Part shown: positions 34,339 through 46,935 of the stretch, in pieces
Position numbering within the stretch: the stretch's first letter is position 1
Layout of the letters: each line of letters starts with the position of its first letter
Source of the DNA: an uncultured Rivularia sp.
Lineage (GTDB): Bacteria > Cyanobacteriota > Cyanobacteriia > Cyanobacteriales > Nostocaceae
DNA: 64,000 nucleotides
Assembly (NCBI GenBank): GCA_963665115.1
Contig: OY762007.1
Location: 4,800,001-4,864,000, forward strand
Direction: 5' to 3'
The notes under the pieces: generated by a model
What the model was told of the DNA's origin: nothing
The model's input: the letters and a program-made list of their open reading frames with translations, nothing else
The model's database searches: none
Program-made: the position numbers and the translations under genes

Positions 34339-35532
34339 ATGGGGCATACCGAATCTTGGTTACATCGGGGTACTGTAGAAATTTTCCCCCAAGGAGACGA
34401 TTCCGATAAAGAATCCGAAAGTCTCGAAAAGCTTTTGAAAACAGCTAACAGACCTTTAAGAATTAAATTTGGCATCGATCCTACAGGTGCCGATGTTCAC
34501 CTTGGTCATAGTATACCAATGCGGAAACTACGAGCTTTTCAAGATGCGGGTCATACAGCAGTACTGATTATTGGTGATTTTACCGCTAGAATAGGCGATC
34601 CGTCAGGTAAATCGGAAACACGTCGTCAACTTACACAAGAAGAAGTTCTTCAAAACGCGAAAAACTATCTAGAGCAAGTTAAACCGATTTTGGATTTTGA
34701 CACACCAGGTAGGTTAGAAGTCCGTTATAACTCCGAATGGCTTAACAAGTTGAACTTAGGAAAGATTTTGGAGTTACTTTCAACAATGACAGTGCAGCAG
34801 ATGTTAGCAAAGGAAGGCTTTGCCGAACGCTATAAGAAAGAGAATCCTATTTTTATTCATGAGTTCCTATATCCATTGATGCAGGGCTACGATTCAGTCG
34901 CTGTTGATTCAGATGTAGAATTAGGAGCAACTGACCAAAAGTTTAACATTGCTGTCGGGCGAGATTTGCAACGTCACTTCGGTAAAAAGCCTCAATTTGG
35001 GCTGTTGTTACCAATTTTGGTTGGTACCGACGGCGTTCAAAAAATGTCAAAGTCCCTGAATAACTATGTCGCTGTCGGCGAACACCCTTCACAAAAGTAT
35101 CAAAAGCTACAAGCTATCCCCGACGAACTCCTATCTGATTATTTTGAACTATTAACAGATTTAGAAGAAGACAATCTGCCACAAAACCCTCGCGATCGCC
35201 AACAATTATTAGCTAAAGAAGTTGTAACTCAGTATCATGGCGAACAAGCAGCGATAGAAGCAGAAAAAGCTGCTGCATCTGGAGGCAAAGCTGGTGAAGT
35301 CCCAGAATATTCTTTAGCCGAAGTAGAATTCCCTGTAAAACTATTTTATCTTCTCAATGCTAGCGGTTTATGTAAAAGTAGCGGCGAAGGAAGAAGAAAA
35401 ATTCAGGAAGGTGGAGTGCGCTTAGACGGCGAAAAAATAACAGATACCGACGCTACCTTTAATACATTAGAAGAATTACAAGGTAAAGTTTTACAACTTG
35501 GCAAGAAGAAGTTTGTCAAGCTTTTACAGTGA
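34339..35532 (+). CDS. tyrS: Tyrosine--tRNA ligase
   Basis: [24 protein letters not shown]-terminal S4 domain. Confidence 0.96.
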   Translation: MGHTESWLHRGTVEIFPQGDDSDKESESLEKLLKTANRPLRIKFGIDPTGADVHLGHSIPMRKLRAFQDAGHTAVLIIGDFTARIGDPSGKSETRRQLTQEEVLQNAKNYLEQVKPILDFDTPGRLEVRYNSEWLNKLNLGKILELLSTMTVQQMLAKEGFAERYKKENPIFIHEFLYPLMQGYDSVAVDSDVELGATDQKFNIAVGRDLQRHFGKKPQFGLLLPILVGTDGVQKMSKSLNNYVAVGEHPSQKYQKLQAIPDELLSDYFELLTDLEEDNLPQNPRDRQQLLAKEVVTQYHGEQAAIEAEKAAASGGKAGEVPEYSLAEVEFPVKLFYLLNASGLCKSSGEGRRKIQEGGVRLDGEKITDTDATFNTLEELQGKVLQLGKKKFVKLLQ

Positions 35533-35542
35533 ACACTGACTA

Positions 35543-35700
35543 AGGTCAAAGGTTAAAGGTTAAAGGTCAAAGGTTGAAGTTCTCCTTATTCCTTCATTGT
35601 CTCTCCTTGTCTACCCCCTCTCCCCCCTCTCCCCATCTCCCCCCTCTACCCCCTCTCCCCCCTCTACCCCCTCTCCCCATCTCCCTCTCCTCCTCACTCC
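35543..35700. repeat. Heptamer (AAGGTYA)n and CT-rich 9-mer tandem repeats
   Basis: AAGGTCA/AAGGTTA units followed by CCCCTCTCC-like units. Confidence 0.8.
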
Positions 35701-35702
35701 CT

Positions 35703-36407
35703 ATGCAAAAAATCATAGTCCCTTTAGACGTAGCAGATGAATCAAGTGCGATCGCGCTAGTTGAAAAGCTCTCCGAAGTTACTTTTTTCAAGGTTGGTTT
35801 GGAGTTGTTTACTAGCTGCGGGCCGAAAATTATTGAAGTACTAAAATCTCGTCAAAAAAAGATTTTTCTCGATTTGAAGTTTCACGATATTCCCAATACT
35901 GTAAAAGGTGCTTGTCGTAGCGCTGCTCGTTACGGTGTAGATATACTGACAATTCATGCTACTGCTGGTAAAGATGCACTCCAAGCTGCTACGGAGGGTT
36001 TATCTGAGGGTGCTGCACAAGCTGGGGTTGAACCGCCGAAGTTAATTGCTATTACTTTGCTGACTAGTATTTCTTCGAGGCAATTAGCATTTGATTTAAA
36101 GGTTCCTTTAGAATTGCCGGAATATGCCCTGCAAATGGCGCTTTTGGCAAAGGAATCGGGGTTAGATGGGGCTGTATGTTCACCTCAAGAAGTTGCGAAT
36201 TTACGAGATGTTTGTGGAGATGATTTTTTATTCGTTTGTCCGGGTATACGTCCAAGCTGGGCAGATAAAGGCGATCAAAAACGAACTTTTACTCCAGCAC
36301 AAGCTTTACAAGCGGGTGCCGATTATTTAGTGATTGGCAGACCGATTACTGCTGCCGATGAACCAGCGTTGGCTTGGAAAAAAATTTGTGAGGAGATTAA
36401 CAGTTAA
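35703..36407 (+). CDS. pyrF: Orotidine-5'-phosphate decarboxylase
   Basis: [34 protein letters not shown]; start taken at ATG 35703. Confidence 0.95.
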   Translation: MQKIIVPLDVADESSAIALVEKLSEVTFFKVGLELFTSCGPKIIEVLKSRQKKIFLDLKFHDIPNTVKGACRSAARYGVDILTIHATAGKDALQAATEGLSEGAAQAGVEPPKLIAITLLTSISSRQLAFDLKVPLELPEYALQMALLAKESGLDGAVCSPQEVANLRDVCGDDFLFVCPGIRPSWADKGDQKRTFTPAQALQAGADYLVIGRPITAADEPALAWKKICEEINS

Positions 36408-36556
36408 CAATTATCAATTATCAATAAAAATAACATTCTCAAATTGTTATGGAAATTAATGAATCCGATTTTTTCAAAAAAGCGGGTTTTTAGCCATCTC
36501 TTTGTTTACGTCGTTTAAATCGAGCATATTATGAAGTTAAGAATGGCGTAATTATT

Positions 36557-37165
36557 ATGGTTAGAAAGAAAAATTATTATTTATTGCTTTTATGTAGCTT
36601 TTGGTTTGCTGTATCTAATACATTTAATTATTCTGCATTAGCCGCAAACTCTGTAATTGAATTTAAAAAAGAAAAATCTTCTTGCTCAAATCAAGACTTA
36701 TCACAATTAACTAATAAATTATTGCGAGATTTACCAGCTTATTTTAATCGTGCGACTCAACGCGCTCGCCGTTTGGATAGGTCTGTACAGGTTTATAGTT
36801 ATATGTTGGTAGCTGGGAAACCCGATTTTCAACCTTTACCCTTGAAAAGCTGGACGGATGGGACAACGGATGAGGTAGCGGATGGGGTAGATAAATCAAC
36901 GGGTGCCAAGAAGGGAGTTGAACAAGTATTTTTTTCAACTTTAGAGCGGCAATATGTAAAGGGTAAAGCGTTACAGTTACAACAATTTCACTGGCTGTTT
37001 TTGACTAAAACCGAAAGTGGTTGGCGAATGTCAATGATGTATTCGCAAACTGGTGGTTATCCCAAACAAAAACCACCAACTCCACCAAGAGAAAGTAGTA
37101 ATAGTGCTGTAGGGCAAGGAATTAAAACTTGGTTGCGCGATTGTCGGGCGGGAAGCCTAAGATAA
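36557..37165 (+). CDS. Hypothetical exported protein
   Basis: Signal peptide; LLRDLPAYFNR...WLRDC. Confidence 0.7.
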   Translation: MVRKKNYYLLLLCSFWFAVSNTFNYSALAANSVIEFKKEKSSCSNQDLSQLTNKLLRDLPAYFNRATQRARRLDRSVQVYSYMLVAGKPDFQPLPLKSWTDGTTDEVADGVDKSTGAKKGVEQVFFSTLERQYVKGKALQLQQFHWLFLTKTESGWRMSMMYSQTGGYPKQKPPTPPRESSNSAVGQGIKTWLRDCRAGSLR

Positions 37166-37229
37166 TTCTTTGTTCGTAGTAAGCGATTTATCGCTTTCTT
37201 AAGTGCTGTATTCTCAAAGCTAGTAGTTT

Positions 37230-37437
37230 GTAGGTTGGGTTAGGCACACGAATAGAATAGTTTGTAATCAATAATTAATGTTGCGCCGTAATCCAATATC
37301 CGAGATATTATTAGTCCACAAATATTTTTAACTTCCCAAAAAATATCTTTTATCTATAGTCATAATGTTGGGTTACGACACGATAAACAAAATTTTGAAT
37401 TACCAACTAGATTTCTTTCATGTCTAACTCAACCTAC
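37230..37437 (+). repeat. Paired GTAG-REP (REPIN/MITE-like) element with expanded loops, copy A; partial right-end duplication to 37473
   Basis: GTAGGTTGGGTTAGGCAC...GCGCCGTAATCCAA...GTTGGGTTACGACAC...TGTCTAACTCAACCTAC. Confidence 0.8.
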
Positions 37438-37774
37438 AATCTAGATTCCTAAATTGTGTTGAATCCAACCTACGATCTAATTTCTTTAACTTTATAGGTT
37501 GTTAAATCGAACTGCCAAAATTGTGTTGATGAATCGCGAGTCCTACTGAAGTAAAAGAACCTTGAATCCTCGGAAAATATCAGCAATATTTCAGTTAAAT
37601 AAAAATGTAGCAATATATCCATGCTACAAAAACTAGGTTAAACTGGATTATCTTAGTCTGTAATCCCTCCCAAACTTATATTGTGTGGGAGTTGTAAGTT
37701 TCAAAAACAGCTAAGAGTTTAAAAGTTATTTCCTCCCATATGGGAGATTTTTGTTTTCGAGGTAGTTAAAATCA

Positions 37775-39172
37775 ATGAATCCAGTTGATTTAGCGTTTGC
37801 ACCAGCGTTAAAACAGTCAGAATTAATCCGTCGTAAGGAAGTTTCGCCGCTGGAGTTGGTGGAATTATATTTGGAACGCATTCAACAATTTAATTCTAAG
37901 TTAGGAAGTTATTTTACTGTTACGGCAGAGCAGGCAATTGATGATGCTAGAAGCAAAACCGAAATGCTGGCACAAACTGAGGATTTGCCTTTATTTTTCG
38001 GCGTGCCAATTTCAATCAAAGATTTGAACCCAGTTGCTGGCATTCCCTGTAGTTACGGTAATGCAGCATTACTCGGCAATGTTCCGGATTATGATGATGG
38101 TGTAGTTGCAAAAATTAAACAAGCTGGATTTATAATTCTAGGCAAAACGGCAAGTTCGGAATTAGGTTCATTTCCTTACACTGAAGCTACGGGTTTTCCC
38201 CCAACTAGAAATCCTTGGAATTTAGAATATACTTCTGGTGGTTCTAGCGGTGGTGCTGCTTCGGCACTTGCGGCGGGATTGTGTTCAATAGCACAAGGTT
38301 CTGATGGTGGCGGTTCAATTCGCGGCCCTGCGGCTTGTTGTAATTTAGTTGGTATCAAGCCATCTAGGGGAAGAGTTACTCACGCACCGGTTGGCGATCG
38401 CCTGAATGGAATTGCCACAAATGGTCCAATAGCTAGGACTGTAGCTGATGCCGCAGCTTTATTAGATGCTATGTCTGGCTATGTTTCAGGAGACTCGTAC
38501 TGGTTGCCAGAACCTGAAAAAACATTTTTCGCTTCCAGCCAAGAAAAAATAGAAAATCTACGCATCGCCTTTTGTACAAGCATTCCTCCTTTAGGAGAAG
38601 CAGATGCAAACACTCATCAAGGCGTAATCCAAACAGTTAAATTATTAGAAGAATTAGGACATACAGTAGAAGAAAAATGTCCTGATATTAGCGCTTTAGT
38701 AGAACCATTTCAGATAGTTTGGCAAGCCAACGTAGCTGCTTCGGGAGTTCCTGTAGAAGTTTTACAACCTTTAAATCGCTGGCTATTATCCAGAAGTTGT
38801 TCTGCTGGAGAATACTTACGGGCAGTGTACCAGATGCAGATGGTAGCTCGAAAACTGGTTGCGTTTTTCGACAATATAGACGTATTAGTAATGCCAGTTT
38901 ATCTACATTCACCCATCCGCGTTGGTGAATGGGCTGCCTTAAGTCCCGAAGAAACATTTGATAATATAGTCCGCTGGATTGCACCTTGTCCAGCAGCAAA
39001 TGCTACCGGGCAACCTGCAATATCTCTTCCCGTTGGTTTTGATGAAAAAGGTTTACCCATAGCAGTACAGTTAATTGGAAAACCCGCCGCTGAAAACACG
39101 ATTATCAGCTTAGCAGCACAATTAGAAGCAGCAAACCCAATTTACGAAAAACGCCCGAACAATTATCAATGA
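37775..39172 (+). CDS. Amidase-signature family protein
   Basis: GVPISIKD, SGGSSGG, GSDGGGSIRGPA. Confidence 0.92.
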   Translation: MNPVDLAFAPALKQSELIRRKEVSPLELVELYLERIQQFNSKLGSYFTVTAEQAIDDARSKTEMLAQTEDLPLFFGVPISIKDLNPVAGIPCSYGNAALLGNVPDYDDGVVAKIKQAGFIILGKTASSELGSFPYTEATGFPPTRNPWNLEYTSGGSSGGAASALAAGLCSIAQGSDGGGSIRGPAACCNLVGIKPSRGRVTHAPVGDRLNGIATNGPIARTVADAAALLDAMSGYVSGDSYWLPEPEKTFFASSQEKIENLRIAFCTSIPPLGEADANTHQGVIQTVKLLEELGHTVEEKCPDISALVEPFQIVWQANVAASGVPVEVLQPLNRWLLSRSCSAGEYLRAVYQMQMVARKLVAFFDNIDVLVMPVYLHSPIRVGEWAALSPEETFDNIVRWIAPCPAANATGQPAISLPVGFDEKGLPIAVQLIGKPAAENTIISLAAQLEAANPIYEKRPNNYQ

Positions 39173-39239
39173 ACAATGAACAGTTAACAATTAATAATTA
39201 ATTAGTTATTGATAATTGATAATTGATAATTGATGACTG

Positions 39240-40073
39240 TTACGAACCTTTACACCGCTTCCCTCTCGGAGTCGCATCGGGATAAAAGGTAATGATTCCT
39301 TTATTCTTTCTGACAAAAACTGTTGGAAAACTTGTTCCGGTTTCTTTATCTAATTGTTGATATATACAAGCACCTTCGGTGTTTTTCTGCTGTTTATATA
39401 CTTTCGTTACATCTAATAAAAGTTCTTCGGCATTAGATAAATAACCGTAACCTTTAATTTCATCTCTTATAGTGCGATCGCCCTGTTTTATTACTACGCC
39501 CATTGTATAAATTACGCCTGGAATTACTTCTTGTCTTCCTGGGTTTACGGGAAGTCTGCCAGCAATTTTTTGGTTTTGCAGTTGTAAATATCTACCAGAA
39601 AAATGCAATCCGCCGATATCGTTTTCGTTGTGTATTTCACCGCAGAATATATGTTCAAAGCCTTTATTTTTGAACCAAATATCAGTTAGGTCTTCTAAGA
39701 ATTCTAATCTGTTTGTACGACCGGGACGCAGTTGATTATTGGTAGCGATTCTAATCTTTGTTAATACTTCTGGATAAGCTGATAAAAGCTTTTTAAACTG
39801 ATTCGGTTCAACTTTTGTACCTATAGGGCCGCAAGTTTTAAGTACTGCTTTATCAAATGAATTTAGCTGAGGTGCTGGTGGTGTAATGTCTAATTTAGCT
39901 CCCGATGGATAATTGACTCGCACCGGGTTATTTTGATTATCAAAGAAAGGTAAAAGGTCTGTATCTTTCGGCTGAGCGTTAACTGGGTTATCTAGACTAA
40001 TTGAAGAAATTAATACTAAAGTAGTTAATCCGCTAAATATTCTTTTCAGGTTGGATGCAATATTCGGTTTCAT
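39240..40073 (-). CDS. Exported EndoU-like ribonuclease
   Basis: Signal peptide; GFEHIFCGE and GGLH His motifs; ITFYP C-terminus. Confidence 0.75.
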   Translation of the reverse strand: MKPNIASNLKRIFSGLTTLVLISSISLDNPVNAQPKDTDLLPFFDNQNNPVRVNYPSGAKLDITPPAPQLNSFDKAVLKTCGPIGTKVEPNQFKKLLSAYPEVLTKIRIATNNQLRPGRTNRLEFLEDLTDIWFKNKGFEHIFCGEIHNENDIGGLHFSGRYLQLQNQKIAGRLPVNPGRQEVIPGVIYTMGVVIKQGDRTIRDEIKGYGYLSNAEELLLDVTKVYKQQKNTEGACIYQQLDKETGTSFPTVFVRKNKGIITFYPDATPRGKRCKGS

Positions 40074-40294
40074 CAGAAGACTTTTGCTATTTTATTTTGT
40101 GTGATACAAGTCTTCTATCATAATTCACGGAAATATAACTAATTGGGTTTGTAGTAAGCGATTCATCGCTCAATAAGTGAAGATGAGCCAAATTTCCTTA
40201 TATATACCGTTACGACATTCAAAAAATAGCGAATAAACTGAATAGGTTAATTAATAATTTATTTACTATTTACCTTTAACGCTTTGGCAAAAAT

Positions 40295-40513
40295 ATGTTT
40301 AAAAAGTCTAATTTTATAGTAGTATTTCTGCTGTTTGCGATATTTGTCGGAATTGGCGATAGCTTTTTACCAGAACCGATGAAATCTGCTAGCCTCAATA
40401 CTCGAACAAGCATCAATAAAACTTTAGTTGGTTTATTTCCCACTCGGAAGTCAAAACTTAAACCCCACGAAAGAACTCGTAAAGCCATAGACGAAGCTGA
40501 ACAAGGGAAATAA
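40295..40513 (+). CDS. Small hypothetical membrane or exported protein
   Basis: 72-aa ORF with hydrophobic N-terminus (GIGDSFLP). Confidence 0.65.
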   Translation: MFKKSNFIVVFLLFAIFVGIGDSFLPEPMKSASLNTRTSINKTLVGLFPTRKSKLKPHERTRKAIDEAEQGK

Positions 40514-40691
40514 ATTGGGCATGGGGAATTGGGCATGGGGCATTGAGGATTGGGAATTGGGCATTGAATTAGGAGTTATTAGGATTAAGGAAAAAAATTA
40601 GCGAGCAAGATGCTCGCACTACGAATTTATTAGAACTATCAATTCTTAACTTCTAACTTCTAACTTCTAACTTCTAACTCCTAACTTAAAT

Positions 40692-41696
<1,005 letters not shown>

Positions 41697-41880
41697 TTAC
41701 TGAGATAAGCATCCCGATCGATTACAGACTTTTCATATTACCGTAAAGCGGGTACTGATTAATAAGGTAATTCGTAATTCGTTCGATGTATTTTGAATTG
41801 CTGGTTTGAATATAGGTAACAACAGAAACCCAGTATCTTGAAGATACCGGGTTTTTAAAGCTACGTATTTTTTCATGAGT

Positions 41881-42534
41881 TTATCTTAAAAACCCACCCA
41901 TAACCCATCCAATAGCTAACCCGACTGCGGCAATTCCACTTAAACTCAGCATTGCTGCATCAAAACTATCTAAGGCATTTCTTAACTGTCTTCCAGATTT
42001 ATTAGCGGTAACAATTAAATTACAATACCAAACTAAATGAAAAGCCCATTCGCCTAAACCTATTAGGGCTAATACTATCGTAAAAAATAATATAAAAGCT
42101 GGAACTACAATTCCACGGGTTTTAGATACAAAGATTAATACGAATACGAATAATACAAGATTAAATCCTAAAAAACCCATAAATAATGGGTTGAAAGCTG
42201 GTGTTCTTAAATAACATAAGGCAACTGCTAAAATAACCCGTGAAGCAATTAAAGAAACTACTAATAGCTTGGTACTTTTGAATAAAATATAAACTGTAGC
42301 TGCTAAAGGGAAAATGGCGAAATAAATTGCTATTAATTGTTTTAATCTATCTGGGTTGAAGTCTAAAAAATAGAATGGCTCTACTTGAGATATATTTATC
42401 ATCCAGCCATTAAAAACAGAAATAATTAAAAATGTTGCTAGCCAACCCCAATTCATTACTAAAGGGTTTTGTGCAAATCTACGGTAAGATTCGTTATTAT
42501 TTATTGTGTTAGATACGATTTTGAAAGGTAACAT
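41881..42534 (-). CDS. Hypothetical integral membrane protein
   Basis: 217-aa, largely hydrophobic, AT-rich ORF. Confidence 0.6.
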   Translation of the reverse strand: MLPFKIVSNTINNNESYRRFAQNPLVMNWGWLATFLIISVFNGWMINISQVEPFYFLDFNPDRLKQLIAIYFAIFPLAATVYILFKSTKLLVVSLIASRVILAVALCYLRTPAFNPLFMGFLGFNLVLFVFVLIFVSKTRGIVVPAFILFFTIVLALIGLGEWAFHLVWYCNLIVTANKSGRQLRNALDSFDAAMLSLSGIAAVGLAIGWVMGGFLR

Positions 42535-42849
42535 AGGTAGATTTTTGGTTCTATTTTCCGTAATTTAATTTAGCAGTTAATCAAAGCTAAAAAATGATAT
42601 CTAAAGCACATATCATTGAAAATCATTCAAACGAATTAATTTAAAAAGTTATATGCAATAATTTAATACAATTTTAATTTAGTTTTTACTTTGGAATAAT
42701 TAAACATATTTATACAATACATAGTTTCGCTAAAAAGAAATTCAATAGTAAGGAATATGCTAAATATTAATATTCAGCATAAATGCAATTCTTATTTATA
42801 ACTATTATTTTTAATATTGAAAATTATTGCTTGTTAATTAAAACAATAA

Positions 42850-43722
42850 CTATGATGAAGTTTCTTGATTGATTATTTCTACTTCTGCAACTGACAATTT
42901 AATATTGACGGCTTTTACTGAATCTTCAATGCTGCTAACTTTACTAGCGCCGGGAATCGGTAATATACAAGGCGATTTGGAACGTAACCACGCTAAAACG
43001 ATGCAGTATACTGATACATTTTTCTCTTCGGCTAACTTGGCGATCGCCGCAACATCTTTCAAACCACTATGGCGACGACGACCGCCAAATGGACTCCAAG
43101 GAAGAAAAGTTAAACCCTCGTTTTCGCAATATTCCAGTACTCCATCGGTTTCTGGTTGCCGTTGCCAAGGACTATATTGATTTTGCACTGAAACGATATC
43201 AACCACATCCCGCGCTTGCTTAATTTGTTCTACCGAGAAATTAGAAACTCCAATATTATTAATCATTCCTGCTTCTTGAGCTTCTTTCGCAGGGGTAAGA
43301 GATGCTTCAATGCTGTAATCTGGGTCTGGTGAATGATATTGCCAGATATCTATAGGTTTATTACCGCCAAAAGCTGCAAAACTGACTTTAATAGTTTCGC
43401 GTAGATGCTCTGGATTGCCGTTGCGAGTCCAGCTTTGATTAGGACGCATCAAACCGCCTTTTGTAGCGACAACTACATTACTGGTATCGTCGCTATAAGT
43501 TTGCAAAGCTTTGTGAATCAATCGCTCGTTATGATGCTTGTCCGATTCGTCTTTACAGTATGAGTCGGCAGTGTCGATAAAGGTTATGCCCAGATCCAAG
43601 GCACGATGAATAACCTCGATCGATTGCGATTCGGTAGGGCGATCGTAAACTGACATTGGCATTCCACCCAGACCGATCGCACTTGCAGAAACACTGCTTT
43701 TCCCAAGTTGTATGATTTCCAT
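42850..43722 (-). CDS. Aldo/keto reductase
   Basis: IGLGGM, FIDTADSY, IGVSNF, QNQYS, PIPG; alternative start at 43749. Confidence 0.9.
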   Translation of the reverse strand: MEIIQLGKSSVSASAIGLGGMPMSVYDRPTESQSIEVIHRALDLGITFIDTADSYCKDESDKHHNERLIHKALQTYSDDTSNVVVATKGGLMRPNQSWTRNGNPEHLRETIKVSFAAFGGNKPIDIWQYHSPDPDYSIEASLTPAKEAQEAGMINNIGVSNFSVEQIKQARDVVDIVSVQNQYSPWQRQPETDGVLEYCENEGLTFLPWSPFGGRRRHSGLKDVAAIAKLAEEKNVSVYCIVLAWLRSKSPCILPIPGASKVSSIEDSVKAVNIKLSVAEVEIINQETSS

Positions 43723-44031
43723 ATTTATTACTAAAATCCCCAGCGCCATTATTGGTTTAACAGCTAAAGCAGGAATTCAGAAACCATCCAAAGGCTATAC
43801 TTTTACATTTTTATAAAAAATATTCCCGCCTTTATTTTTTACCTGGGACAGATGACAAAAAATACACAATATCCTGAACGTTAAAGTGATGAAGGGGGTA
43901 GGACTCACAGCCCTTGTTATATTTAGGAATATTATATTTAAAACTTGTAGCTATAGAATATTTATCAAGTTATCTTAAACCAAGATATTAACAAATTAGC
44001 TCCAAATTACATCAGTATTTACACTTTCATT

Positions 44032-44958
44032 ATGTTGAAATTCTACACTCAGTTTTCTCCGAGTTTATTAAAAAGTAAATCTTGTTTATTTTTAAGTCTT
44101 TTCTTAGGAAGTTTAATTATTACGAGTTGCGCGTCAGAGTCTTATGACAAAAGTTATAGCGAACCGCAGAGTATAGTCTCAGAGGATGCAGTTCAGGAAG
44201 TGGCCGATGTTGCTCAAATCAACGAACCACTACCGCAAAAAAAACCGCAGCTAATTAAAAAAGCGAAAATGACGGTAATTGTTAAATCTTTAGACAAAAG
44301 CGTTGATGCTGTAGAGCAGATTATTAATAAGCAAAAAGGCTATTTGCTTAGTTTAGAAGAAAGACAACTTGATGATTCCTATTCTCGTCCCAGCGCTTCA
44401 GTTGAAATGCGAGTTCCGCAAAACCTTTTAGAAACAACTCTCAATGAATTAGCTGAATTAGGAACCGTACAAAATCGTAATATCAGTGCTGAAGATGTTG
44501 GCGAACAAATAGTTGATTTTCAAGCAAGATTGAGCAATTTACGCAGAACCGAAACTAATTTACAGAAAATTATGGATAAATCGGGTTCTGTCAAAGATAT
44601 TTTAAGCGTTGCTCAAGAACTGAGTAAAGTGCGAGAACAAATTGAACGAATTACCGCTCAATTAAAAAACCTGCAAAATCAAGTTGCTTATTCCATGATT
44701 ACGTTAAATTTAGAAGCAGCAGTTTCAAGTACTAGCAATCAACCAGGATTACCGTCACAAGTTCAAGATGCATGGAATAATTCTACTAGTTCCTTCGGTG
44801 CATTTACCGTTGGATTGATGAAATTAGGTATTTGGTTGATCGTTTACAGCCCCTATTTATTAATTTTGGTTGTTGCTGGGTATTTTCTTAAGCGTAGATT
44901 TCTTTCTTCGCAACCTTTAGCGCAAACCCCGCGTTCGAGAAATTCTGAAAATAATTAA
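44032..44958 (+). CDS. DUF4349-like lipoprotein with C-terminal TM helix
   Basis: Lipobox ITSC; MRVP, EDVGEQIVD...ARL, VREQIE. Confidence 0.78.
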   Translation: MLKFYTQFSPSLLKSKSCLFLSLFLGSLIITSCASESYDKSYSEPQSIVSEDAVQEVADVAQINEPLPQKKPQLIKKAKMTVIVKSLDKSVDAVEQIINKQKGYLLSLEERQLDDSYSRPSASVEMRVPQNLLETTLNELAELGTVQNRNISAEDVGEQIVDFQARLSNLRRTETNLQKIMDKSGSVKDILSVAQELSKVREQIERITAQLKNLQNQVAYSMITLNLEAAVSSTSNQPGLPSQVQDAWNNSTSSFGAFTVGLMKLGIWLIVYSPYLLILVVAGYFLKRRFLSSQPLAQTPRSRNSENN

Positions 44959-45402
44959 TTGGGTATTGGGAATTGGGAATTGGGAATTATTCAAATGATA
45001 AATTTATTTTCTTGACGAATAATCTCGTTGGCTTAATTGATAATGAAGATTAACAAACCCGGCATCTTTGAGATATCGAGTTTTTAAGAGGATGCATTTT
45101 TTCAATATTTAAAGTTTTGAACATTAGATATCCATAAAATTACTTATTTTCCGGACAATCTTTCACAAATATCGAAATGTTCGGTAATTTGCTTTATCAA
45201 AAGAATAATATTTTAAGATAAACGAATCGTAAATCAATGTCCTATCTCCAATTCCCCATGCCCCACGCCCTATTCCCATACCCATCTTCACTCATAAAAC
45301 TTTACGAAACAATAAAATAACTTACCTTTGTACTTTTTATCACGAAATAATGACCGTTAAGAATGCCAAGATATGTGTTAGCACAAGCGTATCCGAACTC
45401 TT

Positions 45403-46935
45403 ATGCCAGAATTACGCCAATCAATCGCCCAGCATTATCACGAACGCACTAAGTACGATCCAGAAACTTTATCGGCCAAAAATAAAGGCTTGGATTGGGC
45501 TAAACAACCCGTACCTTTTAAAGAGTACAAAATTGGTTCTACTTTCGATTTAAAGCCTTATGTTGAAGAAAAACCGGGTTCATTCACTAACAACTTGGAA
45601 GCGCAATGGTGGCAAAGACTTTCCAGACTGCTGTTTTGCAGTTATGGTTTGACTGCCAGAATGCCTTCTATGGGAAGCACGGTTTACCTGCGTGCTGCTC
45701 CTTCTGCGGGAGGTTTGTATCCGGCGGAGATGTATTTAATTTCTAAAGGTACGCCGCTTTTACCGCCTGGTTTGTATAACTATCAATGTCGAACTCATTC
45801 CCTAATGAATTATTGGGAAAGTGATGTTTGGCAAAAATTGCAGTCAGCTTGTCTGGGGAATTCTTCTTTAGAAAACGCTGAGCTAGCAATCGTCATCACT
45901 TCTGTTTTCTATCGTTCTGCTTGGCGTTATGAAGATAGGGCTTACCGTCGAATTTGCCTTGATACGGGACATCTAATCGGTAACATCGAATTAGCTGGCG
46001 CTCTAACTAGCTATCGTCCCCATTTAATCGGCGGTTTTGTTGATGAAGATGTCAACGAACTGCTTTATATAGACTCCAAACAAGAGCAGGCGATCGCAGT
46101 TATTGGTTTGACAGATTTGCAAGATACTAAGCAAAAAACTGATGTAGTTCGTACTGCTTTACCTTCTGCCACCGAAACTGATTTTCCTCAAATTCCCGAT
46201 GGAGAATTGCTCGATTATTTCCACCGTGCAACACAGATTGAACCGGGCACAACTGGTAAATTAAATTTACCGGAAGTAAAGCAGGATAAGTCGATTGAGG
46301 ACAAATACAACTTTAGTTTTTGCGATAAAATTTCCACCGAGACTAAACCCGTTTACTGGGGTAAAAAACTAGAAGGGTTAGAAGAAACGATTCTTAAACG
46401 TCGTTCTACTCGTGCTTTTAGCGGTGAAACTTTGCAATTTGATGACTTAAAAGCTTTACTCGATTTCACTTATCAACCCCAAAATTACATTGACCAAAAT
46501 TTAGATAACTCCCCAGACTATTTCGATTTAAATCTAATCGAAACCTTTATTGCTGTTTCTGGAGTAGAGGGTTTGGAAAGGGGTTGTTACTATTACGCTC
46601 CTTCTTCACAGGAATTGCGTCAAATACGCTTCAAAAATTTCCGAAGAGAGTTGCATTTCCTCTGTTTGGGGCAAGATTTGGGACGAGACGCATCTGCTGT
46701 CATTTTCCATACTGCCGATCTCAAAAGCGCTGTGGCTCAATACGGCGACAGAGTTTACCGCTATCTGCACATGGATGCCGGACATTTAGGGCAAAGACTT
46801 AACTTAGGTGCAATTCATTTAGGTTTAGGCGTTAGCGGTATTGGTGGCTTCTTTGATGACAAAGTAAATGAAGTCCTCGGTATTCCTGATAAAGAAGCAG
46901 TTCTGTACATCACGACTTTAGGAAGACCAAGATAA
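45403..46935 (+). CDS. SagB/ThcOx-type nitroreductase-fold dehydrogenase (two domains)
   Basis: YHERTKY, RAAPSAGGLYP, RRSTRAF, YGDRVYRY..MDAGH. Confidence 0.85.
   Translation: MPELRQSIAQHYHERTKYDPETLSAKNKGLDWAKQPVPFKEYKIGSTFDLKPYVEEKPGSFTNNLEAQWWQRLSRLLFCSYGLTARMPSMGSTVYLRAAPSAGGLYPAEMYLISKGTPLLPPGLYNYQCRTHSLMNYWESDVWQKLQSACLGNSSLENAELAIVITSVFYRSAWRYEDRAYRRICLDTGHLIGNIELAGALTSYRPHLIGGFVDEDVNELLYIDSKQEQAIAVIGLTDLQDTKQKTDVVRTALPSATETDFPQIPDGELLDYFHRATQIEPGTTGKLNLPEVKQDKSIEDKYNFSFCDKISTETKPVYWGKKLEGLEETILKRRSTRAFSGETLQFDDLKALLDFTYQPQNYIDQNLDNSPDYFDLNLIETFIAVSGVEGLERGCYYYAPSSQELRQIRFKNFRRELHFLCLGQDLGRDASAVIFHTADLKSAVAQYGDRVYRYLHMDAGHLGQRLNLGAIHLGLGVSGIGGFFDDKVNEVLGIPDKEAVLYITTLGRPR

Noticed and set aside
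35574..35702. Pro-rich N-terminal extension of PyrF and the antisense RGG-rich ORF
   Set aside because: Both are translations of an intergenic CT-rich tandem repeat; PyrF homology starts at ATG 35703.
45403..46935. RiPP (azole) biosynthetic cluster around the SagB-like gene
   Set aside because: No YcaO, precursor peptide or dedicated transporter nearby; it appears to be a stand-alone gene.
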